The notes beneath the pieces were generated by a model. It had not been told where the DNA came from and did not search any database. It saw only the letters and a program-made list of their open reading frames with translations. The position numbers and the translations under genes are program-made. A stretch of DNA of 64,000 nucleotides from an uncultured Desulfarculus sp. (lineage in GTDB: Bacteria; Desulfobacterota; Desulfarculia; Desulfarculales; Desulfarculaceae): contig CAXXUK010000001.1 in assembly GCA_963665125.2 (NCBI GenBank), forward strand, positions 672,001 through 736,000, written 5' to 3'. Each line of letters starts with the position of its first letter. Position 1 is the first letter of the stretch. This document shows, piece after piece, positions 8,392-18,267 of this stretch.

Positions 8392-9186
8392 ATGGACTTT
8401 GGCGACCCCCGTTTGATTCGAGGTTCGGTTTATCTGATCGGACTGACGGTGTTTCTGGCCTTTGAATTGGTGATTTCGTACAGACCCTCCAGCGTGTCCA
8501 AACTCCGCCGTTGGGGCATAAATTTGGGCCTCACGCTTTTCAATAACATCTTGATTTGGCTTATATTCGGCGGAACGGTATTGGCCACGGCGCAATACGT
8601 GGCAACCAACAATCTGGGCCTTCTGGGACAACTGGGCCTTCCGTTTTGGCTGAACCTTCTGATCACGGTTTTGTTTTTCGATCTCATGCTCTACGTATGG
8701 CATCTGCTCAACCATGTGGTGCCCCTGTTGTGGCGTTTTCACCGGGTGCACCACTGCGACAAGAACATGGACGTCTCCACGGCCACGCGGTTTCATATCG
8801 GGGAACTGGCCTTGTCCACGATAATCCGCATGGGCCTTATCTACGTCATAGGGTGCGACGTTTGGGGCGTGGTGCTGTTCGAGTCGTTGGTGGTGGTTTG
8901 TTCACAGTTTCACCACAGCAGCGTGCGGGTGCCCCTTTGGTTTGAGTCCATATGGTGGCTGCTGTTCGTGCCGCCTTCCATGCACCGAATTCATCATTCA
9001 GTGAAGATAAAAGAGCGCGACAGCAATTATGGTACGATCTTTTCAATTTGGGACAGATTTTGCGCTACGATGGTGTCACAGGTGGATCAGTCGGAAATCC
9101 GCATAGGAGTTGGCGGCCACTTCGATGAAACAAAGCTGGGCCTTGGTCGCCTGCTGGTTATGCCCGTTACCAGATATGTCCGTTGA
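8392..9186 (+). CDS. Sterol desaturase / fatty acid hydroxylase family membrane protein
   Basis: His boxes HLLNH, HRVHH, FHH, HRIHH; SNYG...WDR; several TM segments. Confidence 0.88.
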   Translation: MDFGDPRLIRGSVYLIGLTVFLAFELVISYRPSSVSKLRRWGINLGLTLFNNILIWLIFGGTVLATAQYVATNNLGLLGQLGLPFWLNLLITVLFFDLMLYVWHLLNHVVPLLWRFHRVHHCDKNMDVSTATRFHIGELALSTIIRMGLIYVIGCDVWGVVLFESLVVVCSQFHHSSVRVPLWFESIWWLLFVPPSMHRIHHSVKIKERDSNYGTIFSIWDRFCATMVSQVDQSEIRIGVGGHFDETKLGLGRLLVMPVTRYVR

Positions 9187-9204
9187 AATTGACGGAGTAG
9201 CTCA

Positions 9205-10047
9205 ATGCCCTTGAAAGACTTTTTCAGCAAGGCGCCGAATCTGGATGCCGCCCAGGCCAGGAGATTCATGGGAGGTCGGATGCCCGGCGCTTATACATTG
9301 TTGGATGTGCGCCAACCGGCGGAATACGAAAAAAGCCATATACCTGGCGCAACCTTGATTCCTCTGCCGGAACTCCACAATCGCGCCGGGGAAATACCCA
9401 AGCAAAAACCGGTGATAGCCTACTGCGCCGTGGGTGGCCGCAGCAGGGCGGCTGCCCAGTTGTTGAAAGGGCAGGGTTTTGAAGAGGTGTACAACCTCTC
9501 CGGGGGTATTCAGGCCTGGGACGGTCTTGAGGCGTCCGGTCCCCGGGAATGGGCCTTTGAACTGGCCCCTGAAAAAGATGAGCCCGCCGAATGGCTTGCC
9601 ATGGCCAAACAATTGGAATATGGCCTGGGGCGTTGCTATTTGCTCATGGCCGACAATGTCGACGATAAACAGACCGCCGCGCTTTTAAGGCGCTTGGCGG
9701 ACATCGAAAAAATACACCAACAGCACATCGAAAAGATGTTTGAGCAGTTACCGCCCGGGCAGCGCGGCGTCCGGTCCTTGGCCGATGTACGGGAAAACGC
9801 ATTCATGGAAGGCGGATTTTCCGTTGAGGAGTTTTTGGCCAGGGATAGATCGCACCTGCAAGACAGGGAGCAGACCCTACAACTGGCCATCGCCCTGGAG
9901 GCCCAGGCCCTGGACCTGTATTCGCGCTTTTCCACCAAAACGAAAAGCCAGCAAATCAGGTTGTTGTTAATGGATATTGCCGGCGAGGAACAGGCTCACA
10001 TTACCGCCTTGGGAGACATGCTCGACGAAATTTTAGCCGGCCGATAA
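9205..10047 (+). CDS. Rhodanese domain + rubrerythrin/ferritin-like domain fusion
   Basis: LLDVRQPAEY...HIPGA, YCAVGGRS; C-terminal EKIH and EEQAH (ExxH) motifs. Confidence 0.85.
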   Translation: MPLKDFFSKAPNLDAAQARRFMGGRMPGAYTLLDVRQPAEYEKSHIPGATLIPLPELHNRAGEIPKQKPVIAYCAVGGRSRAAAQLLKGQGFEEVYNLSGGIQAWDGLEASGPREWAFELAPEKDEPAEWLAMAKQLEYGLGRCYLLMADNVDDKQTAALLRRLADIEKIHQQHIEKMFEQLPPGQRGVRSLADVRENAFMEGGFSVEEFLARDRSHLQDREQTLQLAIALEAQALDLYSRFSTKTKSQQIRLLLMDIAGEEQAHITALGDMLDEILAGR

Positions 10048-10077
10048 AAAGCGCCACGACAATGTGTGGCGCTTTTT
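10046..10077. terminator. Bidirectional intrinsic terminator
   Basis: AAAAA-GCGCCAC-loop-GTGGCGC-TTTTT between convergent genes. Confidence 0.75.
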
Positions 10078-10094
10078 GTCTTCATGGTGCCGTA

Positions 10095-10463
10095 TTAGGC
10101 CGTGGCTTCGGAATGCCCCGACAGAAACATCTTTAGCATTGCCTGCTGATTGGTGCTCAATGAGCCAAGCTGCAAACCGCAACGCCGCACCATCAACCCG
10201 GCCTTGGAACAGGTTTCCTCCAGTTTGTTGTCGTAAACGATCCTGCACGGCAGCTTTTGTAAAAGCAGACCCTGGTCCAGGAGCATCAGGTCGATCTCGG
10301 TAAACTGGCCGTCAACCCCGTTGGTGGAGATATATTCGATACTCAATCCATCTGAACTGATATCGAGAACCCTGCCCATTGTTTCAAACATCGGCCTCAT
10401 TACGGCGTATGTCTGCTTCTTGGGGCGCAACCTGTTATGTTTGCGGTTTTCAGATTTTTTCAT
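10095..10463 (-). CDS. PilZ-domain protein (c-di-GMP receptor)
   Basis: RKHNR (RxxxR) and DISSDG (DxSxxG); start trimmed to MKKSEN. Confidence 0.8.
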   Translation of the reverse strand: MKKSENRKHNRLRPKKQTYAVMRPMFETMGRVLDISSDGLSIEYISTNGVDGQFTEIDLMLLDQGLLLQKLPCRIVYDNKLEETCSKAGLMVRRCGLQLGSLSTNQQAMLKMFLSGHSEATA

Positions 10464-10709
10464 TTGTGCATCTTCTCCGCAGCAAATAAATGTTGATAAG
10501 TCACAAGAGGAATTTTTCAACATTTCACTTTTGTTATTAGAATATTGCCCTAGAGGTGTTACATCAAGGGTGATATTGATGAATAAAAGAGGTATTAAAA
10601 ATACCACCATATCTATTTTTTCATGCAATATCTCTAATAAAAATATGTTATATCAAAAAGATGCAAAATTAGACCGTGATAATTCCATACTGCGATAAGG
10701 GGTAGCAAG

Positions 10710-11330
10710 ATGGACAACCATGATTTAGCTTACACGGATGAAAAATCAGGGGGATCGGCTCAAAGGTGTGAATTCTTGGAAAGACGCGTTGCCGAACTTG
10801 AACGAAGCCTTGAACAAGCCATGGCTTTGGCTGAACAGCGCTCAAAAATGCTGGAACAGGCTCGCGCAGAATACGATAATCTGGTCAATCAATTGCTGGA
10901 AAGCAACAAGGCCATGGCCGCCTTGGCCCGCAGTATGGAAAAAATGCACCTGGATTCCGAACGCGCGGTGGCCCGGCGTATTCAGGGCGTAACGCGGCCG
11001 ATTCTTGAGAAAATCAGCCGGGACGAGACGTTAATAACGGTGCATACGGAATTGGGCGCTGCGGTCGACGAACTCGATGACCTGGCGGCCGGCCTGGGAG
11101 ACGGCGAGGGAATCCTGCAAAAACTGACCCCCAGCGAAAGACGCATTGCCGTGATGGTCAAATCCGGGATGAGCAGTCAGCAAATATCAGATTCATTGCA
11201 TATCGCCATTGATACGGTGAAAACACACCGCCGCAACATCAGGCGCAAACTTGACCTTGGCAACAGGAAGGCCAACCTAAGGAGGTATTTGCGCAACAGC
11301 CTAGGCCGTGGAACGGAAAGCTCCGGTTAG
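10710..11330 (+). CDS. LuxR-type HTH regulator with N-terminal coiled coil
   Basis: LTPSERRIA...SSQQISDSLHIAIDTVKTHRRNIRRKL. Confidence 0.85.
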   Translation: MDNHDLAYTDEKSGGSAQRCEFLERRVAELERSLEQAMALAEQRSKMLEQARAEYDNLVNQLLESNKAMAALARSMEKMHLDSERAVARRIQGVTRPILEKISRDETLITVHTELGAAVDELDDLAAGLGDGEGILQKLTPSERRIAVMVKSGMSSQQISDSLHIAIDTVKTHRRNIRRKLDLGNRKANLRRYLRNSLGRGTESSG

Positions 11331-11338
11331 GGTTTGGT

Positions 11339-12367
11339 CTAACCCAGAGGTATCTGTTCGATGTTTTCGGCCGAGATCCGCAGGTCGCCGTTCTCTATCT
11401 GATGGATCATTTCCAAAATGGTTTGGTTCACCGGAGTGGGTACGTTGTACTGTACGCCTTTTTGGCAAATATACCCATTTAGAAAATCTACCTCGGTACG
11501 GCGGCCTCTTTGCAGCGACTGAAGGCTGGGTGATTTGATTCGCTCATAATCGGCGGCTATGGCTTTGACAAAGCGGTGTTTTTTAAACAAGGTCATGATG
11601 CCTCGTCCCTTGACCAGCCGCACGAAGTCTATTTTGTTTTCCGACGAAGGCGGGATCTGTAGGCCCATGGCCTGGGCAACCTTGACGGCCTCCCTGCTGA
11701 TTGCCATGAAAATCGACCTGATGCGGCGGTTTTCCACCTGCTTGCCCAGTTCCAACCCAGTAATGGCCCCCATGCTGTTGATGCATGAGTCCATTATCAA
11801 TTTGGCGAAAAGTTCCCCCATGATGTTGTCGGAAACCCTTGTGGGCTTGACCAGATCAAGAAACCCCCGGATTTCTTCCAGATCGTTCGGATCTCCGTCC
11901 TCCAGCAGTCCCACTACGTTGCTGCCCGGAGATGTGAGTTCGACCTCACCGGGTTCGTGCATCGTCGAGCCCCAGTTGAGAACGCAACCGACCACTCTTT
12001 GCTTGCCCACGATTTCAGCAATATCTTCTTCTATAATGCCGTTTTGCATTGTCACCACGAAACCGTTCGGAGAAAGAATGGCTGGCAGTTGCTCGGCCAC
12101 ATCCAGGGCTTCGTTGGCCTTGGTGGCAAGAAATACGATGTCTTTGCGCGTGGAAATTTCATCAATCCGGGCCACGGCTTCAACCTTGACCGTAATGTCG
12201 AAACCTTGGCCAAAGATATGAAAACCAGGATACAACGCCCGGTCGGCGATTTGGGTGTGCTTGCAGACCAACTCGACTCTGCGTCCTGCTCTGGCCATCA
12301 TTGACGCAGTCACTGCTCCGATGGCGCCCGCTCCAACAATTAATACGGGACTATTCGAACTGATCAT
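11339..12367 (-). CDS. panE: Ketopantoate reductase family protein
   Basis: VGAGAIG, ATKA, MQNG, SSLQ-like SPSLQSL...RTEVDFLNG...PTPVN; start taken at MISSN. Confidence 0.85.
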   Translation of the reverse strand: MISSNSPVLIVGAGAIGAVTASMMARAGRRVELVCKHTQIADRALYPGFHIFGQGFDITVKVEAVARIDEISTRKDIVFLATKANEALDVAEQLPAILSPNGFVVTMQNGIIEEDIAEIVGKQRVVGCVLNWGSTMHEPGEVELTSPGSNVVGLLEDGDPNDLEEIRGFLDLVKPTRVSDNIMGELFAKLIMDSCINSMGAITGLELGKQVENRRIRSIFMAISREAVKVAQAMGLQIPPSSENKIDFVRLVKGRGIMTLFKKHRFVKAIAADYERIKSPSLQSLQRGRRTEVDFLNGYICQKGVQYNVPTPVNQTILEMIHQIENGDLRISAENIEQIPLG

Positions 12368-12584
12368 AAGCGGCCTCCGCGGTGGAAAATCAATGGTGTC
12401 ATTTTTGCTGGCTATAACATGTTCTGTCAACAGCACTCGGTTAAACTAAGAATAAAAATTGTGTCTGTTCCGCCCGGGAGGCCACATCGCTGGTGAAAAA
12501 AACATCACAGCCCGTCCATCTCAATTGAGTTGCAAAGGGTTATCATTTAAAATGATTATGTATATCCATGTAACTGGATTGAAG

Positions 12585-12944
12585 ATGGTACAAGATGAGC
12601 TTCTAAACTTGGACGAAGAAGAGCCCCGGCGCAAACACCCAAGAAAAGCCGTGGACTTACGGGCTACTATTGAATATCTAGATCCTGAAGGTGGTTGGTA
12701 TCCCGTTCAGGGCTGGGTTACGGAGATAAGCCTGAAGGGGATTCGACTGCGTCTGCCAAAGGACATCGGCGTGTCAATTAAGGATCGCGTGAGGATTTTT
12801 ATTCACAAACCAGGCATTGAGACCTCTGGCAAAGTTAAGCACATCACCACTGATGAAAATAGCCATTTGGTCCTATCCATCGGCATCAAACTGACCGAAA
12901 TGAGCCGAGAGCACTGGGCGGCCTGGCAGGTAATTGTCGGCTAA
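12585..12944 (+). CDS. PilZ-domain protein
   Basis: RKHPR and EISLKG motifs; start uncertain. Confidence 0.75.
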   Translation: MVQDELLNLDEEEPRRKHPRKAVDLRATIEYLDPEGGWYPVQGWVTEISLKGIRLRLPKDIGVSIKDRVRIFIHKPGIETSGKVKHITTDENSHLVLSIGIKLTEMSREHWAAWQVIVG

Positions 12945-12993
12945 GCATTTCCGATCGATTTTGTTTCAATATCAATTCATGAAAAAGAGAAAA

Positions 12994-13031
12994 CATTTAC
13001 GGCGGCACCGCATGGGTAACCGCCGTAAATG
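12994..13031. terminator. Hairpin terminator downstream of tRNA-His and of the PilZ gene
   Basis: CATTTACGGCGG / CCGCCGTAAATG inverted repeat; T-rich tail on the minus strand. Confidence 0.65.
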
Positions 13032-13044
13032 ATTTATCATTTTA

Positions 13045-13122
13045 TGGGGTGGCTGATGGGACTTGAACCCACGGCCTCCAGGGCCACAACCTGGCGCTCT
13101 AACCAACTGAGCTACAGCCACC
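13045..13122 (-). tRNA. tRNA-His(GTG)
   Basis: Reverse complement GGTGGCTGTAGCTCAGTTGGTTAGAGCGCCAGGTTGTGGCCCTGGAGGCCGTGGGTTCAAGTCCCATCAGCCACCCCA; G-1 and encoded CCA. Confidence 0.97.
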
Positions 13123-13333
13123 ATATGTGCAAAGTATGAACAATAGTCAGTCTTTGCGCCACGGTTATATAGCAGAGCGCAGCGTTTCTGGCAAGGGATT
13201 TCACCTTAAAACGAGCGCGGTCCATTGTCTTGACAGCTAACACCTCGTACTCTACGATTTCATAGGGCCGCAAAGCGCGGCCACTGTTTTTAGGACGTGC
13301 TGTCCTGATGAAACAAGAAAGGAAAATACGGCT

Positions 13334-15223
13334 TTGCAGCTGATAGATATATTGAAAACCAGAACCAGGCATCCCTTCAGGCCGCGATCGTCGGATATAG
13401 TCCAGCGCCTGTTTGAGGACTTCAGGGATTACAAACCCAAGGGCAGTTCTCTGATCATGGGCGAAGGGCACTTGGATGGAAAGCGAATCTATGTGGTTGG
13501 TCAGCAAAAACCCAAGCCTGAGCAACTGCGAAAATCCGCGGATTTGGGCAAGCTCAACTGGGGCATGCTCACCTCCGAGGAGCATGCCCAGGTGTTGGCC
13601 CTGCTGGAACGTATTAAGCAAGATGGACCCCAGGAAGACGCGATCCTTCTTTCGCTGATCGACACCTATGGCGCTGATATCTCGATGGAATCAGCTAGAC
13701 AGCTCCAGGCGTTCTTCATCGCCCACCTGATCCAGGCCTATTTGTGCGTGCCTATCCGTACCATCAGCATCGTCATCGGCGAGGGCGGTTCCGGCGGCGC
13801 CTTGGCTCTACAGGTTGCCGACAGGCGCGCGGCCATGGAGGACTCCCTTTACGCCACGGCTCCGCCCGAATCTCTGGCGGCCATTATTTTCCGCGATCCC
13901 AACCGCATTGAACAGGCCCTGGCCATCAGCAAAAGCAGCTCAAAAGACCTTAAATATTTCAAGGTGATAGACGCTATAATTCCCCAGGCCAAAAAGGTTG
14001 ACGATGTCGGGGCGATGGCGCGCAACATCAAGGCCTACCTGGAAAAAACCGTCAAGGATTTGTGCAAGATCCGCCTCGACCGGCTGATGAAAAAGCGCAT
14101 GGAACAGGCCGGTGTGCTGGGCGTGGTCCAGCGGGGTAAATTCTACGAGATAAAGCGTTTCATTGAGCGTCCCCTGAAGACCTTCAACAAGCCCCCCGTG
14201 GATATCAAGCTCATTTCAGACCCATCCGGTTCGACGATCCACCTGGACGACTCCTACGGTGACGGCACGGCCCTGATGCCTGGCGACGCCTACATCCGCT
14301 GCGGCGAGGAAAAGGAAGGGGCCAGCGGCGACGGCTGCGGCGCGGTGGTGCCCCTCGCCGACTATATGGCGAACCACCTGATCTGCCCCCATTGCGGCAA
14401 ACAGCACGTCTTGGACGCAGCCGGCTGGGTCAATGCCTTGGCCGACCAGGGCTCTTTCCATGAGCTGTTCCGCAACATTACGGTGGCAGATGTATTGCCC
14501 GAGGAAGACATCCACGCCTATTACCGCGAATTTTTGGACAAGCAAAAGGGCCGCACCAACTTCACCGAGTCGCTGGTCACCGCCCACGCCCGCATCTATG
14601 GCTATCCGGCGGTGTTGGCCATTAGCGAGTTCAACTTTGCCGGCGGTTCCATGGGCGTGGTGTTCGGCGAAAAATTCCGCATGGCCGTGGAGTACGCCAC
14701 CCGCAAACGCTGGCCTTTGGTGAGCGTTTGCTGTTCTGGCGGCGCACGCCTCTATGAGGGCATTGTCGCCCTGATGCAGATGACCAAGACAGTGGCCGCC
14801 GTTGAACGCCTGAAACAGGCGGGCATACCCTATATATCTATCCTGGCCGATCCCAGTTCGGGCGGGGCCATTGCCTCCTACGCCGCTCTGGGCGATGTGT
14901 GCATTGCCGAGCCCAACGCCCTGGTGATATTCACCGGCCCCAGGGTGATGAAGGCCCGTGGGTTTGCCGTGCAGGATGACCTTGTGCGTTCGGATTCCCT
15001 CCTGGAAGTCTCGGCCGAGGCCCTGGAACTGCCGGAGTTTTATGGCAATATCCGGGGAATCCAGGAAGTGGTGCCCAGGGCTCAGATGCGCCGGGCCGTT
15101 GCCAGATATTTGCAGCTATACGAGAGGTTCCGGGCCGGAGAGAAGCCTAAAAAGGGCTTGAGGCCCTATTGGCGGATGCTTGCCCGCCGAGCCGGAATGG
15201 AGCCTAATGATGACAACGGCTGA
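13334..15223 (+). CDS. Fused acetyl-CoA carboxylase carboxyltransferase alpha+beta (AccA-AccD)
   Basis: AccA-type IGEGGSGGALAL; then Zn-ribbon C...C...CPHC and AccD-type FAGGSMG, SGGARLYEG, AEPNAL, FTGPRV. Confidence 0.85.
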   Translation: MQLIDILKTRTRHPFRPRSSDIVQRLFEDFRDYKPKGSSLIMGEGHLDGKRIYVVGQQKPKPEQLRKSADLGKLNWGMLTSEEHAQVLALLERIKQDGPQEDAILLSLIDTYGADISMESARQLQAFFIAHLIQAYLCVPIRTISIVIGEGGSGGALALQVADRRAAMEDSLYATAPPESLAAIIFRDPNRIEQALAISKSSSKDLKYFKVIDAIIPQAKKVDDVGAMARNIKAYLEKTVKDLCKIRLDRLMKKRMEQAGVLGVVQRGKFYEIKRFIERPLKTFNKPPVDIKLISDPSGSTIHLDDSYGDGTALMPGDAYIRCGEEKEGASGDGCGAVVPLADYMANHLICPHCGKQHVLDAAGWVNALADQGSFHELFRNITVADVLPEEDIHAYYREFLDKQKGRTNFTESLVTAHARIYGYPAVLAISEFNFAGGSMGVVFGEKFRMAVEYATRKRWPLVSVCCSGGARLYEGIVALMQMTKTVAAVERLKQAGIPYISILADPSSGGAIASYAALGDVCIAEPNALVIFTGPRVMKARGFAVQDDLVRSDSLLEVSAEALELPEFYGNIRGIQEVVPRAQMRRAVARYLQLYERFRAGEKPKKGLRPYWRMLARRAGMEPNDDNG

Positions 15224-15848
15224 TCCCTCGGAAATTAAATTATTCCGTTGGTCTGAAGACCTGCCCGAGGCCTTGTGGCAGGACCTGAAAAAGAGGTTAG
15301 CCCCTGAGGCCGCGGACGCGGTGGGGGCTGAATGGGACGGCGGGCTTTTCAAGATAACTTTGTTGGGCCGGACATACGCCGTTGACCCTGAGAACTGCAT
15401 TGTCAACGACCTGGACGAACTCGGCAAACGCGTCAGCTTCCAGGCCGGTTTGATCCTGATTACCACGATGGCCAACTCCACCGGCGCGGCCCCCAGCGGC
15501 GAGATGGTTTTGCCCAGGGAACTGCCGGGCGGAGACTTTTTTTTCGTGGGGCCCCATGCCATCAACACCCCGGCCCTGGAAAAACGTTTTGGCGCCGATC
15601 CTTCCGAGTTGATCCAGCGGGGCGAGGCCCTCGGCGGCAAGCCTGTTGAGGGCGCCGACGCGGCGGTGATGGTCCAGGCCCTGCCCATGATCCCGATGTG
15701 GGCCATGGTTTGGCAAGGAGACGAGGAATTTCCGGCCAAGGCCATTGTGGGCATAGACTCCAGGGCCCATTACCACATGGCCCTGGACGTGGTTTTCGCC
15801 CTGACAAATATATTTATTCACCGGCTGACCGGGGGGCGCAATGGGTGA
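15207..15848 (+). CDS. DUF3786-family protein
   Basis: RELPGGDFFF.GPH and WQGDEEFPA motifs. Confidence 0.75.
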   Translation: MMTTADPSEIKLFRWSEDLPEALWQDLKKRLAPEAADAVGAEWDGGLFKITLLGRTYAVDPENCIVNDLDELGKRVSFQAGLILITTMANSTGAAPSGEMVLPRELPGGDFFFVGPHAINTPALEKRFGADPSELIQRGEALGGKPVEGADAAVMVQALPMIPMWAMVWQGDEEFPAKAIVGIDSRAHYHMALDVVFALTNIFIHRLTGGRNG

Positions 15849-16200
15849 CGGCACCGGCGCATGCGGCCTCAACTGCATGGTTTGCGGTTTGTTTCGCCAG
15901 GGCAAGTGCAGCCCTTGCGGCAGCGGTTTGGAGCCCCAGGCCCAGCAGAAATTGGCCGCTCAACTCAAGCTGTTCGGCGGCACCTGCGCCATATTGCAGT
16001 GCGCGGTGGAACGCAAAATCGCCTATTGCTCGGCAGATTGCGACCGTTATCCTTGCCGGAAATTCATGCAGGGACCATACCCGCTGAGCCAGGGGTATTT
16101 GGAAATGCAACTGCGCCGCAGGGCCAAGCCGGGCAACAAGCCGGTGGACACGGGCGCGAAAAAGCGCCAAGAGCCCGACGATACTGGCACTCTGCATTAA
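15841..16200 (+). CDS. DUF3795-family Cys-rich protein
   Basis: ACGLNCMVC...CSPC...CAILQC...YCSADCDRYPC. Confidence 0.75.
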   Translation: MGDGTGACGLNCMVCGLFRQGKCSPCGSGLEPQAQQKLAAQLKLFGGTCAILQCAVERKIAYCSADCDRYPCRKFMQGPYPLSQGYLEMQLRRRAKPGNKPVDTGAKKRQEPDDTGTLH

Positions 16201-16251
16201 ATCGGCCTTGGCAGAGGCTGGACCTTATGTTAGGTTTTGCAGCACAATCAA

Positions 16252-16328
16252 GCCCTCGTAGCTCATCTGGATAGAGCGACGGCCTCCTAAGCCGTAGGCA
16301 GTGCGTTCGAGTCGCGCCGGGGGCACCA
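16252..16328 (+). tRNA. tRNA-Arg(CCT)
   Basis: GCCCTCGTAGCTCATCTGGATAGAGCGACGGCCTCCTAAGCCGTAGGCAGTGCGTTCGAGTCGCGCCGGGGGCACCA; anticodon loop CT-CCT-AA. Confidence 0.96.
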
Positions 16329-16337
16329 ATGATATCA

Positions 16338-16370
16338 ATGGGTTAGCCGTAATTGGCTGGCCCATTTTTT
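16338..16370 (+). terminator. Terminator after tRNA-Arg
   Basis: ATGGGTTAGCC-loop-GGCTGGCCCAT followed by a T run. Confidence 0.7.
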
Positions 16371-16375
16371 GTTAA

Positions 16376-16396
16376 AACTGTCACCAGAACTGTCAC
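16376..16396. repeat. 9-bp direct repeat AACTGTCAC x2 (12-bp period), possible integrase arm-type sites
   Basis: AACTGTCAC at 16376 and 16388, just downstream of the tRNA. Confidence 0.5.
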
Positions 16397-16406
16397 GCCA
16401 ACGGGT

Positions 16407-16580
16407 TGATCCAGCCCAGTTTTGACGGACACGCGTTTAAGCGAGTAAATTGCTTAACGGAGGTGTTCTATGCCATCACAGAAGAGCCAGAAAAAATCCA
16501 CCAGGCGGCGCTATTCGCCGGAATTCAAGATTGAGGCGCTGGGCTTGGCCGAGCAAGTGGGCGTGGCTGGTGCGGCCCAG
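16407..16580 (+). mobile_element. IS3-family remnant (left inverted repeat + truncated orfA)
   Basis: TGATCCAGCCCAGTTTTGACGGACACGCG...AAGCGAGTAAA resembles the IS3 left end; ATG 16470 gives MPSQKSQKKSTRRRYSPEFKIEALGLAEQVGVAGAA, then similarity stops. Confidence 0.8.
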
Positions 16581-16744
16581 CCCTTTGTAGTAGCCTATTT
16601 GAGCCCGAAACCGTCGTCAATTGTCACTTGATCTGTCGCGCCGAAGGGTGCCGAATGTCGATGCAGGTCTAATGCAAAAACGGATAAACCATTGCTTCTG
16701 GATTAGACCTGCATCTTTCTGACGTGCTTACAACAATCCCTGTA

Positions 16745-18235
16745 TTAAACCAAGCTGTCGCCCAACGTGGGTTCCAAGTCGCGCAATTTAGAATCGTCGA
16801 GCTTTTCGTCGATACCGGCCAGATACCTCGCTATATTCATGCAGTCTTGGTAGTCGTATCCCAGGTTAAGGGAGATCGTCTCCATAATGGGCGAACCACC
16901 TCCGTGCACTCCGGCGATCTTGTACCACGCCGCCATGCCCGAGGCTCCGATGTCCTCCACCAGCTTCCATATCTTCAGTGAATCGTCAGCGGGCACTTTT
17001 GTATTGCGCTGGATGAACTTGTTGAGCACCTCGACGTTTTCCCCTTCATGGAAATCCTGGTGGAATGGCATGGTCACCGAAATGCCCCCGGCAATCTCGG
17101 TGAGAATGTTGAACTCGTGGTAGATCATCTCGCCGGTCAGACGGCGGCCCACGTTGGCGTAGATCTCGTTGGGAAAGAACACGCCGCTGGAGGTCTTGGT
17201 GCCGTACAGGGCGGCGGCGACACCGGCGGAAAAGGCCAGGGCCGCGGTGCTGGCGAACTCGGTCAATTTTTCTTTTACATGGGAGGTCTTCATGATGTTG
17301 TTGGCCTGGGCCGCCAACAGGGTTGCGCCGCAGAGCACGTCGCTCATGGCCGGTTTGCAGCCGCAATAGCTGTGACGGTGGGAGTTGGCGAAGAGCAGGG
17401 CCATGCGCCTGCCGAATTCCCACTCGCCGCACATGAAGACCCGCTCCTTGGGGATGAAGACATCGTCGAACAGGATTACCGAATCCGAAACGCCATATTG
17501 GCAGAAAGGCGAGGCGTCGTCTTCGTGGGCGTTGCGGTGCCAGACCGGCCTGGTGATTAGCTTGACCCCCTCGGTGTCCGGCGGAATGGCGAAGGCCACG
17601 GCATAATCGCGGTCATCCTCCATGAGCGCCCTGGTGGGCACCACCACCATTTCTTCGGCATAAGCCACCGTGGTGATGGACATCTTGTAGCCGCGCACGA
17701 CTATTCCGTCATCGCGCTCTTCCACTATCCTCAGATAGTGGTCGGGATTCTCCTGCTGGGACGGACGCAGCATCCGGTCCCCTTTGCTGTCGGTCTGGGC
17801 CGTGCAGCCGGCTAAATCTTTTCGTTGGTATTCGCTGAACCAGGCCAGAAAACGTTTGTGGTATTCGGTCCCCTTGGCTTCGTCCATTTCCTTGGTGCAA
17901 ACGGCCAGGGCTATGATGCCGTCCTGTCCCATGCAGCGCTGGATGCAGCCGCCGGACCGGCGTGAGCCAAGCCTGATCAGCTTTTGTTTTTGCATCAGAT
18001 CGTGAGGGTTTTGGGGGAGATAGGCGAAACGGTTTACCTCCTCGCCGATCAGGGAAGATTGGGCGGTGGCCAGGCCCTTCCACTCTGGGTCCTGCGCCAG
18101 GTCAAAGGAAATATCAAAGACCTTGATGCCCGGTTTGAGGCGCGGGTCGTCCCTGCCGACCTTTTCGCCCGCAATATAAATGTTCGGACGCATGCTATAG
18201 ATGTGATCGTGGAATTGTTCCTTTGTGCGAAGCAT
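16745..18235 (-). CDS. 4-hydroxybutyryl-CoA dehydratase-like (AbfD/HpaB family) FAD/[4Fe-4S] enzyme
   Basis: GCIQRC and HRHSYCGCK match the AbfD CFQRC / HRQSYGGCK cluster ligands; QTDSKGDR, DGIVVRGYK, HGGGSP. Confidence 0.85.
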   Translation of the reverse strand: MLRTKEQFHDHIYSMRPNIYIAGEKVGRDDPRLKPGIKVFDISFDLAQDPEWKGLATAQSSLIGEEVNRFAYLPQNPHDLMQKQKLIRLGSRRSGGCIQRCMGQDGIIALAVCTKEMDEAKGTEYHKRFLAWFSEYQRKDLAGCTAQTDSKGDRMLRPSQQENPDHYLRIVEERDDGIVVRGYKMSITTVAYAEEMVVVPTRALMEDDRDYAVAFAIPPDTEGVKLITRPVWHRNAHEDDASPFCQYGVSDSVILFDDVFIPKERVFMCGEWEFGRRMALLFANSHRHSYCGCKPAMSDVLCGATLLAAQANNIMKTSHVKEKLTEFASTAALAFSAGVAAALYGTKTSSGVFFPNEIYANVGRRLTGEMIYHEFNILTEIAGGISVTMPFHQDFHEGENVEVLNKFIQRNTKVPADDSLKIWKLVEDIGASGMAAWYKIAGVHGGGSPIMETISLNLGYDYQDCMNIARYLAGIDEKLDDSKLRDLEPTLGDSLV

Positions 18236-18267
18236 TTATCAATCTCCCTTTTATTCCCTGGGCGGTT

